Virus record (IMG/VR): IMGVR_UViG_3300012201_000004
Location: 1-57,186 of that record
Strand: one strand, 5' to 3'
From: a virus
Taxonomy: Duplodnaviria; Caudoviricetes
Length of the DNA: 57,186 nt
Shown here one piece after another: positions 26,843-37,190 of the stretch (its first letter is position 1; each line of letters begins with the position of its first letter). The position numbers were made by a program, and so were the translations under genes. The notes below the pieces were generated by a model. It did not search any database and was not told where the DNA came from. It worked only from the letters and a program-made list of their open reading frames with translations.

Positions 26843-29384
26843 AACACTTGTTGCGCCGTATGTTGCAGAACAAGGCTTGCTCAATGCCTGCCTTGGTCGT
26901 GGTGCTGACTTTGAGGTGTATACCGATGCGCTCAAAGTCGATGAGAATGCAGAGCCAGGGCACTATATCGTCAACATGATCGGATCGTCCACAGTGCAGG
27001 ACTTGCAAGGCGACATTATGAAAATGTCTGCACTTGACGATATGACCACAGTACCGGATGGCATGCTTATCTGGCTAGATCATTCTTATTCCGTTCCATC
27101 CGACCTCTTCGGCTCGCTCTATGGTCGTCCCTGGATCAAGTCGGCAAGCGGCATAGCTGACTTGCATTTGTCTGCTGAGGTGGAAACTGACAACCCGAGA
27201 GCACTGCAAACCTACAACATGATCACGAAGGGTCGTCGTAAGTTCGGATGTAGCATAGGCTGTCAGGTGCTTGACTATGAATATGACGATACAATAGATG
27301 CATTAATAATAAATCGGGTACAAGTGGTAGAATGGTCGGTAGTTGGCATACCAGCCCAACAGAGATGTTGGGTAGAGATCGCTACCAAGTCACTCTTTGA
27401 ACGCTCATTGCTTGACGGGCGCGGTGATGACGCGCTCCGGCTTGCTCCCGCCGTCAAGGGGATGCATTCACGATCCTATGACACGATCCTCAAACATATC
27501 GAAAGCCCAGGACTCCGGCGCGATCTTGAGCATGTGACACCTCGCGGGACATCTCCTCATCGTATCATGACCGCCTTTAATGATGGTGAGGCTGGTTTCG
27601 CGCTAGTAGACCGCAAAGGTATCACGAAGTCTCTCTCCCGCGATGAAGTAAGCACATTATTAGCAAAGGAGCCTACAATGGATGACCTCACCGCGAAAGC
27701 TGCAACCGGTAAAACGTCATGGCCGCTTATGGACATCAGGACCGAATGGACTGGCAGCAAAGCAGAGAAGCAAATATTTGCCTGGGCGCGCAATGATCAG
27801 GATGAGATTGTCGCCAGCAAAGCAAAACAGTGCTTCTTATACTGTAATCCCGATGACAGCGATAAACAGTCTGGATACAAAATGCCCTTCTGCTATATCC
27901 CAGGTGAAGCACCCCAGATTGTTCCGTTGGGCGTCCGAGCGGCAGCCGGAGTCTTGGCGGGCGGAATGGGCGGTGGAAAGTTCGGCGGTGACGATGCCGC
28001 CATGAAAGCCAAAGTCAAGACGATGTACGGGCGCATCAATAGTCAATTTAGCCCTGATCCTGAGTGGGTTGTGCCGTGGGAGAAAGACGACAAAGAGAAG
28101 AGTGTCGAGAAGGACATTCTCGGTACTGATAGCGGCGGGGAATTGATACGCCAAGACCTCGCAGAAAATGGAGATGACATGGAAGTAACGAAAGCCGCCG
28201 ATGTCAAGGTTGCCAGCGATGGCACACATGAGGCATGCACCGGATCTCATAGCCACGCACATAAGGCGTTTGGAACGCAAGGCAACGATGAGCAGCATTC
28301 ACATGAGCACAGCCACGATGGAGACTCGGCGCATGAGCACAGCCATGCTGAGAAAGCTGCTGAAGCTGAGCATACCACTGAGAGCGAGCCTGAGAGGGTC
28401 AAGGAAACGCTGCAAGAAGAGACACATACCGAAGTGGTAGACCCTGCTCGTATCGGCCTTCTTGCGGCGTACAACACCATAGGGAAGCAGTTGGGGTTCG
28501 ATGAGCAAACACTCGAAAAGAAATCCATCGACAATCCTGCTGATATGCAAGCGGCTATCTCCTGCATCTCTGAAGCTGATCGCTATATCGATCAGGCAAT
28601 GGCGCTTCTTGGCATTCCCGATGCTGACGATGTTGACGATGTTGACGCTCCTGCACCTTCAGGCCCGTCGCCACTGCTCTATAGCATGGATGCACAATTC
28701 ACTAGGTCACTCAGAGACTTCATGGTCAAAGAAGGCCGTGAGTTGAGCACCGCTAATGTTGCCGTGATTAAGACCATGCATGATCTCTGTGCGTCGATGC
28801 ATCCCGACGTATGCAAGGGTGCGTCAATGGGCAATCAAGGGACCGACGTAGAGAATGCGCGACAAGATGCAGAGTACCAGATGGGCAATGAGAACGGGGC
28901 AGGCAAAGCATACGAGCCGTTGACTGAGGCGATGCAATTGCTTGCTAAGGCGTTGGACAATCTACATATCCCTGCTATCACGAACGAGGTTCAGCAGGCA
29001 CAAAAAGCGTTGGACACGATCAAACAGCAGATCGGCGCGAAGGACCGTGAGCTGAAGACGCTCAGTAGCAATATTGCCGCGCTCAGTAATGCGCCACTTG
29101 GCCGCCCGACGCAACTCAACCGCTCCATTGTTGGTGAGGCGTCGTATGTCGATATGAAGCTTGCAAGCGGTGAGCGCGTCACTCCCCAGGACATCCTCGC
29201 GCTTACGAGCGTCAAGGCCATCGGGCAATCGCGCTATCGCTACTGGCCATCTGAGGTCGGGAATGGTATGCGTCCTGAACTTTCGACGGATCAGAAAAGC
29301 CTCATGCACCCTTATGATGTTATTGCCTATCAGGACGGCAAGGAAGCGTATATTCCCATGATCGATGACCCTGTTGGCATCTAG
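26835..29384 (+). CDS. Prohead protease (HK97 type) fused to extra domain, His-rich tract and scaffold
   Basis: DLQGDIM, WLDH, GCSIG, EWSVVGIPA; C-terminal coiled coil. Confidence 0.85.
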   Translation: MGETLVAPYVAEQGLLNACLGRGADFEVYTDALKVDENAEPGHYIVNMIGSSTVQDLQGDIMKMSALDDMTTVPDGMLIWLDHSYSVPSDLFGSLYGRPWIKSASGIADLHLSAEVETDNPRALQTYNMITKGRRKFGCSIGCQVLDYEYDDTIDALIINRVQVVEWSVVGIPAQQRCWVEIATKSLFERSLLDGRGDDALRLAPAVKGMHSRSYDTILKHIESPGLRRDLEHVTPRGTSPHRIMTAFNDGEAGFALVDRKGITKSLSRDEVSTLLAKEPTMDDLTAKAATGKTSWPLMDIRTEWTGSKAEKQIFAWARNDQDEIVASKAKQCFLYCNPDDSDKQSGYKMPFCYIPGEAPQIVPLGVRAAAGVLAGGMGGGKFGGDDAAMKAKVKTMYGRINSQFSPDPEWVVPWEKDDKEKSVEKDILGTDSGGELIRQDLAENGDDMEVTKAADVKVASDGTHEACTGSHSHAHKAFGTQGNDEQHSHEHSHDGDSAHEHSHAEKAAEAEHTTESEPERVKETLQEETHTEVVDPARIGLLAAYNTIGKQLGFDEQTLEKKSIDNPADMQAAISCISEADRYIDQAMALLGIPDADDVDDVDAPAPSGPSPLLYSMDAQFTRSLRDFMVKEGRELSTANVAVIKTMHDLCASMHPDVCKGASMGNQGTDVENARQDAEYQMGNENGAGKAYEPLTEAMQLLAKALDNLHIPAITNEVQQAQKALDTIKQQIGAKDRELKTLSSNIAALSNAPLGRPTQLNRSIVGEASYVDMKLASGERVTPQDILALTSVKAIGQSRYRYWPSEVGNGMRPELSTDQKSLMHPYDVIAYQDGKEAYIPMIDDPVGI

Positions 29385-29416
29385 AAGGCGAGCAACCAGT
29401 AGCAGAACTGGAATCC

Positions 29417-29725
29417 ATGACAGCACAGCCACAAGATCTATCGACGATTGCTTATCGGCTCAATACCCTAGAGCAGCAGGTACAGCAGTTGCATACTCAA
29501 TTGCAATTGTACGTACCAGTGAGAGAGAATGAGTTGCAGTTACAAGCCATCAAGTCAACGGTAGACCGTATTGAGACAGATGTGCTTGACACAAAAAAGC
29601 AAGTGGGTGCGATGCGCGAGTCTCAGGACAAATTACAAATTCGCGTCCTCCTGGGGATTATCACTACCGTCGTGACCATCCTGGGAGGCATCCTTATTGG
29701 CTATGTCACTCATCTGATCCATTGA
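29417..29725 (+). CDS. XhlA/holin-like coiled-coil plus C-terminal TM protein
   Basis: RLNTLEQ coiled coil, C-terminal TM. Confidence 0.6.
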   Translation: MTAQPQDLSTIAYRLNTLEQQVQQLHTQLQLYVPVRENELQLQAIKSTVDRIETDVLDTKKQVGAMRESQDKLQIRVLLGIITTVVTILGGILIGYVTHLIH

Positions 29726-30348
29726 AGAAGGGGAGAGAGCGTTCATTGAAACGAAAGAGCATCTATGCCTGGATCGCATTGCTCACGACGCTCCTGCTCT
29801 TGCTGATCCTCTTTGGCTTTCTCGGAATATGGGTACTCTACGGGAGCGCGGCGAACGTCATGAGTCTGGTAGGTGTGCAACGCGCGCGTGCGGAGCACAT
29901 GGTCAAGGATGTGCTCGTTCTGGAATATCGTTCGTCTTCGACAGAGCGTACAACCGCAATCAGTGAATTGCAGGATACGTTACCGCTATGGGAAAAGACA
30001 CAGCAAGGGTTACAGGTAGGGGATACCTCGTTGGGACTTCCTAGGCATCCCCCTGCTGATGTGCTCCTCTCAGTCATTCAAGCACAATCTGACTTTGTTC
30101 CGATGCAGGTAGCCTTGCAGAATATCCTTGCGCATCCAACACACATTGACCCGACACAACTCCAAATCGTGTTAGACCATGAACGGGGCTATTATGTGAC
30201 CATGAGCCAGACGAATGCGCTCTGGCAACAGCAGATTGATGAGATATTCTTCCAGCTCTTCTGGATTGAGACGGGACTCGTTGCAGCGATAGCAGGTATC
30301 GTGGTGGTCAACTTCGTGTTCGTCAGAAGAAGTTTGACAACGCTGTGA
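29722..30348 (+). CDS. TM-(PilJ/NarX-like 4-helix sensor)-TM protein without a cytoplasmic output domain
   Basis: Two TMs; NVMSLVGVQRARAEHMVK resembles the INxAGxQRxxxQ P-box region. Confidence 0.55.
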   Translation: MKKGRERSLKRKSIYAWIALLTTLLLLLILFGFLGIWVLYGSAANVMSLVGVQRARAEHMVKDVLVLEYRSSSTERTTAISELQDTLPLWEKTQQGLQVGDTSLGLPRHPPADVLLSVIQAQSDFVPMQVALQNILAHPTHIDPTQLQIVLDHERGYYVTMSQTNALWQQQIDEIFFQLFWIETGLVAAIAGIVVVNFVFVRRSLTTL

Positions 30349-30376
30349 TATACTGTACGAAAATAGGAGCAAGCGC

Positions 30377-30634
30377 ATGGAGATGGGATACAAGATTAAC
30401 GAGAGTACTGTTAGCCCCGATGGGGTGAGAGAACTGAAAGATATCACGGTCTATGAGTTGAGCATAACAGAGGAAGAGTTGGAGTGGATGAGGATCAAAG
30501 AAGAGATATACGAAGCTATCACCAGCGCCTTTGGCATCCCTCCCCAACTTTTGGGACTGCATGACGGTCAGATTGTCGAAGGGACAATTCAACCTGCGCC
30601 GTTGCCGTTGCCTCCTCCTACGCCGGACGTTTGA
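30377..30634 (+). CDS. Hypothetical protein containing a portal-like ITSAFGIPPQLLG segment
   Basis: SD AGGAG. Confidence 0.5.
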   Translation: MEMGYKINESTVSPDGVRELKDITVYELSITEEELEWMRIKEEIYEAITSAFGIPPQLLGLHDGQIVEGTIQPAPLPLPPPTPDV

Positions 30635-30659
30635 CAACGCCGTCACGACCGCGTATACT
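30631..30659 (+). promoter_or_regulatory. sigma70 promoter for the capsid gene
   Basis: TTGACA-17-TATACT. Confidence 0.7.
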
Positions 30660-30786
30660 TGAAACAACAACTTATCGTACACCGCAAATGTGCAGCACGC
30701 TACAACGCGTGTCTCCGGGAGCAAACTCCTGAGACCCCCACTGCGAGCCACGGCATGAAGGTTATCATGAAGGACTCGCATTTTTC

Positions 30787-32019
30787 ATGGAAACTTTTAC
30801 CCAGGCGTATCACCCCTCTGATCCACAGTACATGATCAAGAGGCAGCGCCAACTCAAAGAACTTTCCTCACTGTCCACGGCGCAACTCAAGCGCATGGTC
30901 AATAGCATGCTCACTAATCCTCTCCCTGAAGAGGCGAAGGAGCAGAACACCCAGGTCGCTAAACAGTTTGTTGGTCAGTTGCATGATGGTGCACTCCATC
31001 CAGCACTACGCCGCAGCATTCTCGATAGCACAGGCGGCGGTACATCGGGCGGTTCGGTCATGATCCGTCAAGACCTGGAAGTGCCTTTATATCTGCTTTT
31101 TGTTCGCAAGTTCCCATTTTACGAGAGAATAGAAGCGGGACCGTCGAATGGCTTAGTTCACGCATACAATCAGGTCACAGCCGTTGACGCTAATGCACTC
31201 GGCTCCTCGGTCATCACAGAGACAGGGGCCGTTACCTACTCTTCAAGCACTTATGCACGCGGCGCGACTACACCCATTGCGGTGTTTGCACAGGGTCGTG
31301 GCGTTACCCTCAAAGAGATTGCAGCGGTTCGTCAAGGCGGCGCGGCCTATGACCCTGCAAGGCAGGAGCTTGCCGATGGCATGACTCGTCTGAGCACGGA
31401 TACGCAGTACTTCATGTTTCAAGGGAATGCCACCAACTCTAGCGGTACAGCCGCGCAGGAGGCAGGACTCTACAATGCGAACGGTATTGATGGGGTACGT
31501 GGTGTGCTCGGCTCGGCTGGTTCCTTCTCTACCAATGGGGCGATCCAGGTGGATGTCGGTAGCCTCAATACTACAGAGAGCATCCAGGTAGCCGCAACGA
31601 AAGCCGCGAACAATGGCGGCAATCCTACCGCCGTCATCCTCTCGATCAACGCGAAGCAGGCCGTAGACATCGAGAACCAGGGCAACAAACGCTATACGGA
31701 CAATACCGTCGAGATTATCCCAGGTGTCGATACGACGCAGATCCCCTACGCCAATGGCATGCTCACACTCGTACCGGTTCCTGGCAACACGATCGGCACC
31801 TACAACCGCACGTCCGATAGTGCGCTTGTCGAGGACATTTACATCCTGGACGAGAGCACGATCAAACGGCGTTGGCTGTATTCTGAGAGCTTTACCACAT
31901 TGCAGATTCCATCAGGCGTAGACGGTGTACTATCGGACCGCTGGATCATTTTTCAAATGTCGGGACTAGAGATTGCCGCGCCGCTTTTTTGCGCGAAGGT
32001 GAGACGGCTCGCGGCTTAG
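30787..32019 (+). CDS. Major capsid protein (HK97 fold)
   Basis: Position after protease; N-terminal delta-like segment, then GGSVMIRQDLE, FQGNA, IDGV, FCAKV. Confidence 0.85.
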   Translation: METFTQAYHPSDPQYMIKRQRQLKELSSLSTAQLKRMVNSMLTNPLPEEAKEQNTQVAKQFVGQLHDGALHPALRRSILDSTGGGTSGGSVMIRQDLEVPLYLLFVRKFPFYERIEAGPSNGLVHAYNQVTAVDANALGSSVITETGAVTYSSSTYARGATTPIAVFAQGRGVTLKEIAAVRQGGAAYDPARQELADGMTRLSTDTQYFMFQGNATNSSGTAAQEAGLYNANGIDGVRGVLGSAGSFSTNGAIQVDVGSLNTTESIQVAATKAANNGGNPTAVILSINAKQAVDIENQGNKRYTDNTVEIIPGVDTTQIPYANGMLTLVPVPGNTIGTYNRTSDSALVEDIYILDESTIKRRWLYSESFTTLQIPSGVDGVLSDRWIIFQMSGLEIAAPLFCAKVRRLAA

Positions 32020-32080
32020 TAGACCATCTCGTCTCTCTCCTTTGACTCAGTAGGGTAGGGGAGCAATCCCTTACCCTCTC

Positions 32081-32521
32081 ATGAAAGAAAAGAACATGCC
32101 TACGATAGAAAAACATAGTGAAAAGGTGGAAGCGGTCCAGGTAGAGGAGCCACAGTTCAAGGATAGCGATGAAGTGACGGTACTCTTCGGATACGGCAAA
32201 GAGCCAGCGGCCAAGCAACATTACATTGACAACATCACCTTTGTTGGCGGTGTTGCTCGCAATGTCCCGTATGGCGTCGTGAAGCATTGGCAGAATGGTA
32301 CACGACCCGATGGAAAGCTTGCCACTTCACGGATCAAGGTCCAGGCAGTGCTTCCCAATAATGCCACAGAAGCTGACTTTATACGCGTCACCGGCATCAA
32401 AGGTGATATCTCCGATGCGCATCTCTCTGCATTAGTGAGCGGTCTGGACGCAGCACAACTCGAAAAGATGCTTACTCCTGCTCAGGCGAGAGCGTTAGCT
32501 ACAAGGTTGGGAGGGCGTTAA
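32081..32521 (+). CDS. Hypothetical head-associated protein
   Basis: Follows the capsid gene and hairpin; ITFVGGVA motif. Confidence 0.6.
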   Translation: MKEKNMPTIEKHSEKVEAVQVEEPQFKDSDEVTVLFGYGKEPAAKQHYIDNITFVGGVARNVPYGVVKHWQNGTRPDGKLATSRIKVQAVLPNNATEADFIRVTGIKGDISDAHLSALVSGLDAAQLEKMLTPAQARALATRLGGR

Positions 32522-33405
32522 TGGCAAATCCTGATAAGTGGCTTGGGCACCATCGGGATCTCCCGATAGCGGCAGGTGAGCAATTTACTTCTGCTACTGC
32601 TGGTACGGGCAGTGACTATGAGCATGTCATCTTTGCGCTCCCTAATCTCGCACTCAACGTTGCAAGTGGGACTGCTAGCGATCTGCCCGTCAACTCGATG
32701 AACGTGCGCTCCATCAATCTCACGACTGAAGCGAACCTGACCGGGACCGCAACGAATTACATGACCTGGAACTTCTGGCAGAAGCGTGCAGGGGCGATCT
32801 TAGTCAGCACCTCATCGTCTACCACCGTGACGGCTAGCACCATGGCGGTCACTCCCGCGTCCATGTCCAACATTTACGTTGGCTCGCAGTTGATCTTTGC
32901 CGGTGGCACCGGTGCGACGGAAACCGTGACGGTTGCATCTCTGACGCCAACAACTTTCACTGCCACCTTTGCGAACGGGCATAGCGGCGGTTACACCATC
33001 ACGTCGGCACCGCTGGCAACAGCCACGTATACCACGACATCCAGTAGCACGACCATCACAGCGAGCACGATGGCCGTCACTCCTGCTTCAATGGCGAGTA
33101 TCTATGTTGGCTCACAGCTCACCCTCTCAGGTGGTACGGGCTCTGCTGAGACGGTAGTGGTGACATCTGTTACCTCAACGACCTTTACCGCGACGTTCGC
33201 GAACGGACACAGCGGCGCGTATGTGATTGCGATTGCTGAGGTGGCTCTGGTGCCACATCAGTTCAATGTGCTCGTCAATAACGCACAGGCGTTGCTCCCT
33301 GGTGACATCGTGACGATCGCGCGCCTCTCGAATAATGCGACTGGACTCGCGAGTCCTGCCTTGACCGTGATCCTTGATCTGGTACCGGCTGGCATCGGGA
33401 GGTAG
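32521..33405 (+). CDS. Virion decoration protein with two tandem beta-modules
   Basis: Duplicated TPASM..IYVGSQL..GGTG..ETV.V..TFTATFANGHSG. Confidence 0.7.
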   Translation: MANPDKWLGHHRDLPIAAGEQFTSATAGTGSDYEHVIFALPNLALNVASGTASDLPVNSMNVRSINLTTEANLTGTATNYMTWNFWQKRAGAILVSTSSSTTVTASTMAVTPASMSNIYVGSQLIFAGGTGATETVTVASLTPTTFTATFANGHSGGYTITSAPLATATYTTTSSSTTITASTMAVTPASMASIYVGSQLTLSGGTGSAETVVVTSVTSTTFTATFANGHSGAYVIAIAEVALVPHQFNVLVNNAQALLPGDIVTIARLSNNATGLASPALTVILDLVPAGIGR

Positions 33406-33412
33406 TTGAGAA

Positions 33413-33955
33413 ATGGCACGTCATCAGCGATTTACTCCCGTCGGTGAATACCAGCCGCTCCACATATCGGGCGCGGGAACAATAGTTCCAGTTGGGCGCT
33501 GTGTGAGCACCACGTCAGCAACGACGATCACAGCGGGCTCTAGCATAGTAGTCACTCCCGCGTCGATGTCCAACATCACGCCTGGGATGCTCCTGAACTT
33601 CGCCAATGGGACGGGGACCGCTGAGGATGTACTGGTCATCTCTACCACTTCGACGACCCTGACCGCCAACTTTGTCAATAATCACAGTGGGGCCTATACG
33701 ATCATCTCGCGGCGTGGGATTGATCTGGGTAATGTGGTGATTGGGAAATCCGGTTCAGGGTGTACGCTCACCCTCTACAATGGGCACCCCTCGCTGCTCC
33801 CAGATGCGGGTGCCAGTATGGCGGTGATCGACCCTTCCGATCCGACGGGTCGAGAGTTCTTTTGTACCTGCGACAAAGGTCTATTCTACACGTACGCGGG
33901 TAGCACGCTTGGGGATATCACGCTTATGTATCTCGATCACGCCACGGCGTTGTAG
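33413..33955 (+). CDS. Virion protein with one copy of the same beta-module
   Basis: TPASMSNITPG..GTGTAEDVLV..FVNNHSGAY. Confidence 0.7.
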   Translation: MARHQRFTPVGEYQPLHISGAGTIVPVGRCVSTTSATTITAGSSIVVTPASMSNITPGMLLNFANGTGTAEDVLVISTTSTTLTANFVNNHSGAYTIISRRGIDLGNVVIGKSGSGCTLTLYNGHPSLLPDAGASMAVIDPSDPTGREFFCTCDKGLFYTYAGSTLGDITLMYLDHATAL

Positions 33956-33966
33956 GAGGGAAGAGT

Positions 33967-34998
33967 ATGCCACAAAATGTCTCACTCGTCGATCAGAATG
34001 GTAATGCTGTTTCCGTGAGCGGTGGCACGCAGTATACCGATGGCGCGGCGGCTCCTACCCATCCTATCGGGACGGAGCTAGTCTACAACAATGCGGGTAC
34101 CATGACGGCGGTGTCCAACTCGGCGGGATTACCTATCAGTGGGTCAATCACGGCATCTAACCCGTCAGTGGGGACGGACGGTTCTGCTATCCCGTCCTCC
34201 TCTACGCTCGTTGGAGCATCAGACGGGACGAACTTACAGCAGTTGCTCGTTGAGAGTGCATCGAACCGTAACTTGAGGACGGCTCTCTACAACGGCGCGA
34301 ATGAAGTAGCCGTCGATGCATCGGGACGCTTGAGCATCCTCTCAATCAATAATGCGCTCCCTGCTGGAAACAACGTCATCGGGCACATCATAGCTGATAG
34401 CGGATCAACCACTGCTGTTACGAGCCTACCGGCCTTGCCTGCTGGAACCAACGTCATCGGCCATGTCATCAATGATGCGGGAACAGCGGTTATCGGGAGC
34501 GTGCTGCTGCAATCCGTCAGTGGAACGGCGCTGAGTGCGGATGTCAGCAACACGGAACTCCGTGTTTCCAACTATGGCAAGAGCAGCGCTGCTGGTGACA
34601 CCGCGCTCCTGGTAGACTCGACGGGGCGCGTGCTCATCGGGCGCAGTGCCACAGCCGTGTACTCTCTTGCCTCAACGCAGACATCAGGCAGTACGCAAAA
34701 TAGCGGCGACTTGACCGTAGGGGCGTACACAGAAATCTCTCTTGATATCAACACCACCGCGCAAAGTGGAACCAGCCCAACATTGCAGCTTTTCTACGAG
34801 CGTAAAGGGGCAGACGGCATTTACTACGTCTTGTGGCAATCAGCAGTGTTGACAGTAGCTGCCAACACGCTTTCAACTAGTATTGGCTCTGGAATGGCGT
34901 ACAACCAATCATTAGGGCTTACGGGTCGTTTGCGTTGGGTTGTTGGTGGGAGCGCAACACCTACATATACGTTTTCAGCGAACATTCAAGGGAAATAG
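33967..34998 (+). CDS. Head fibre/decoration protein
   Basis: LPAG(N/T)NVIGH repeats, S/T/G-rich, C-terminal beta domain. Confidence 0.7.
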   Translation: MPQNVSLVDQNGNAVSVSGGTQYTDGAAAPTHPIGTELVYNNAGTMTAVSNSAGLPISGSITASNPSVGTDGSAIPSSSTLVGASDGTNLQQLLVESASNRNLRTALYNGANEVAVDASGRLSILSINNALPAGNNVIGHIIADSGSTTAVTSLPALPAGTNVIGHVINDAGTAVIGSVLLQSVSGTALSADVSNTELRVSNYGKSSAAGDTALLVDSTGRVLIGRSATAVYSLASTQTSGSTQNSGDLTVGAYTEISLDINTTAQSGTSPTLQLFYERKGADGIYYVLWQSAVLTVAANTLSTSIGSGMAYNQSLGLTGRLRWVVGGSATPTYTFSANIQGK

Positions 34999-35007
34999 GG
35001 GTGTTAC

Positions 35008-35544
35008 ATGCCTTACCCGACAACTATAGGAGGTGCGCTCATGAGTTCTCCGAGTACGGTTGATACCGGCCAGGTGTCACCGTGGACCGTCACACAAGCC
35101 GAGATTATCCAGGGCGCATCAAGTAGTACGCTTGGTGCAAACACGGTGTACTGCTACGTGTTTGAACTGCTCGCCACGACGACATTTTCAGGCACGAAGG
35201 TCAAGATGGGGGCTACTGTTACTGGAACCGTTGATGTGGGGATCTACGATTCTGGCGGAAATCTCCTCATCCATTCTGGTGCCACTGCGCCTACTGCCAA
35301 TACTGTCAGTAGCATTACCTTTACCAGTACAACGCTTAACCCAGGACGCTACATCATGGCAATGACGCCTTCCAATTCCACAGATACGTACTTCCGAACG
35401 GGATCAATAGCGGCAGGTATGGAACGAGCATACACCGCTACTACTACTGGCACATCGGGTGTGCTTCCAAACACGACGGGAACGCTCAACACCACGACCT
35501 CTTGTGCGTCAATGAGTCTTATCGTTGTTGGAGGGTCGGCATAG
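35008..35544 (+). CDS. Structural beta-sandwich protein
   Basis: VGIYD, LNPGRY; Thr-rich. Confidence 0.6.
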   Translation: MPYPTTIGGALMSSPSTVDTGQVSPWTVTQAEIIQGASSSTLGANTVYCYVFELLATTTFSGTKVKMGATVTGTVDVGIYDSGGNLLIHSGATAPTANTVSSITFTSTTLNPGRYIMAMTPSNSTDTYFRTGSIAAGMERAYTATTTGTSGVLPNTTGTLNTTTSCASMSLIVVGGSA

Positions 35545-37190
35545 TGGGCATTCTTGAGTCTGATACCGGAGCACGTGCAGTAGCACTCGCGTCATCCTGG
35601 GGAGCGGCGACCGATGGGAACACCTGGGTCGTTGCCGCAGGGTCGGCCTCCGCGCTCTCGACGACGACCAACCTGCTGCAAATCAAGGGAGTCTCAAACG
35701 TCAATATGACGATTGGGCCGCCTTCAGTGCAACAGGTGATGCTCTCCGTACAGACAACGATCAATGCCAGTGGAGACAGCCCCTCGCTCCTCTTGCGTTA
35801 TACCGATAACAACAACTTTATCAAGTGCGACGTGAGCGGCGGTCTCTTACGCATTCGTAAAAATGTGGCCCCAACCGGCTTTACTAACGTGGCTACGGTG
35901 TCCTTCACGCTTACGGCTGGTGTGCTCTATCAATTCGTTTTTCAGGTACAAGGGACAACCTATAGCGCAAAGGCATATCCTGTGAGCGCCGCTGATCCTG
36001 GCTGGTTAGTTACGGGCACTGCGAGTGATAGTATCCTGGCATCGGGCAAATGGGGTCTTTCCGCAACGTCAGCAAGTGTGGCAGTGCAGTACAGTCAATT
36101 CACCGTGACCAATCTGCGCGCCGATAACCCGTACACTACGATCGATAATCCCTATGGCGTCACCGTCTACTGCTCAAGTGCTACGCGCCTACCCCTCTCT
36201 CAGCTTATCCCTGATATGCAGAAACTTGGCTTAACCTGGTTGCGCTATCAGGTACCGTTCACGTCCATAGACTCGCCACAAGGAACGTACACCTGGACAG
36301 CACTTGATGCCGCAGTATCAGCGGCCAATGCTGCGGGGATCAATATCACCTTCTCACTGGATCAAGCGCCGTCCTGGGGGCTAGATGGTACAACCAACCT
36401 ACCGACACCAGCGTATACTACGACCGTCGCGGGATTGGTGGCCGCACGCTATAACGGGACGGCAGGGCACGGACATCTTGACGCAATAGAAATCTGGAAC
36501 GAAGAGTTTGACTTTGGCTCTTTCTCAAATACGACCTATGCGGCGATAGCCAACGCTGGCTATACGGCCATTCGCGGCGCGGGCTTCACGGGCAAGATCG
36601 GATGTGCCGCCATGTTGGGCATCTCATCGACGAGCCATATTACCACCTGGATAAACCAACTGTATACGAGCGGGATATCCTCACTCTTTGACTACTTGCA
36701 ACTGCACTACTACCCGAGCAATCAAGATCCATCGGTGACGACGAGCAGTTTTATTTCTTTTCATGCGGCAGTGCAGGCCATCAATGCTGCACTGCTTGCC
36801 AATAATGACATTTTGAAACCTGTCTGGATCACGGAGTTTGGTTATGCCACCTCAACCAATGGCGGACACTCAGCAGGCGCGTTGGTGAGCCAACTCACAC
36901 AAAATCAATACTATGCCTACATCGTCAATGCCGCGCGCTCCAACTCTCAGCAGATCGCGGGTGGCTCCGTGGCAAAAGTGATGTTCTACAGCATGGACAC
37001 GGACCCTGCCAATACCGACGGAGAAAGCATTACACAAGGACTGACACCCTCCGAAACCTATTATCAGGCGTACAACACGCTCAAAGGCTTTATTGATGCC
37101 TACTATATGTGGCCTGGGTATGCCGCCGTGTTTCCGCCTGCCAACCGTCGAACGGGCGTGTTTCCAGCCGCCAACAGGAGGGGAATCTAA
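35544..37190 (+). CDS. Lectin-like domain plus clan GH-A glycoside hydrolase (GH5/GH39, PslG-like)
   Basis: LGLTWLR, YTWTALDAAV, EIWNEE (acid/base), LHYYP, VWITEFG (nucleophile). Confidence 0.8.
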   Translation: MGILESDTGARAVALASSWGAATDGNTWVVAAGSASALSTTTNLLQIKGVSNVNMTIGPPSVQQVMLSVQTTINASGDSPSLLLRYTDNNNFIKCDVSGGLLRIRKNVAPTGFTNVATVSFTLTAGVLYQFVFQVQGTTYSAKAYPVSAADPGWLVTGTASDSILASGKWGLSATSASVAVQYSQFTVTNLRADNPYTTIDNPYGVTVYCSSATRLPLSQLIPDMQKLGLTWLRYQVPFTSIDSPQGTYTWTALDAAVSAANAAGINITFSLDQAPSWGLDGTTNLPTPAYTTTVAGLVAARYNGTAGHGHLDAIEIWNEEFDFGSFSNTTYAAIANAGYTAIRGAGFTGKIGCAAMLGISSTSHITTWINQLYTSGISSLFDYLQLHYYPSNQDPSVTTSSFISFHAAVQAINAALLANNDILKPVWITEFGYATSTNGGHSAGALVSQLTQNQYYAYIVNAARSNSQQIAGGSVAKVMFYSMDTDPANTDGESITQGLTPSETYYQAYNTLKGFIDAYYMWPGYAAVFPPANRRTGVFPAANRRGI

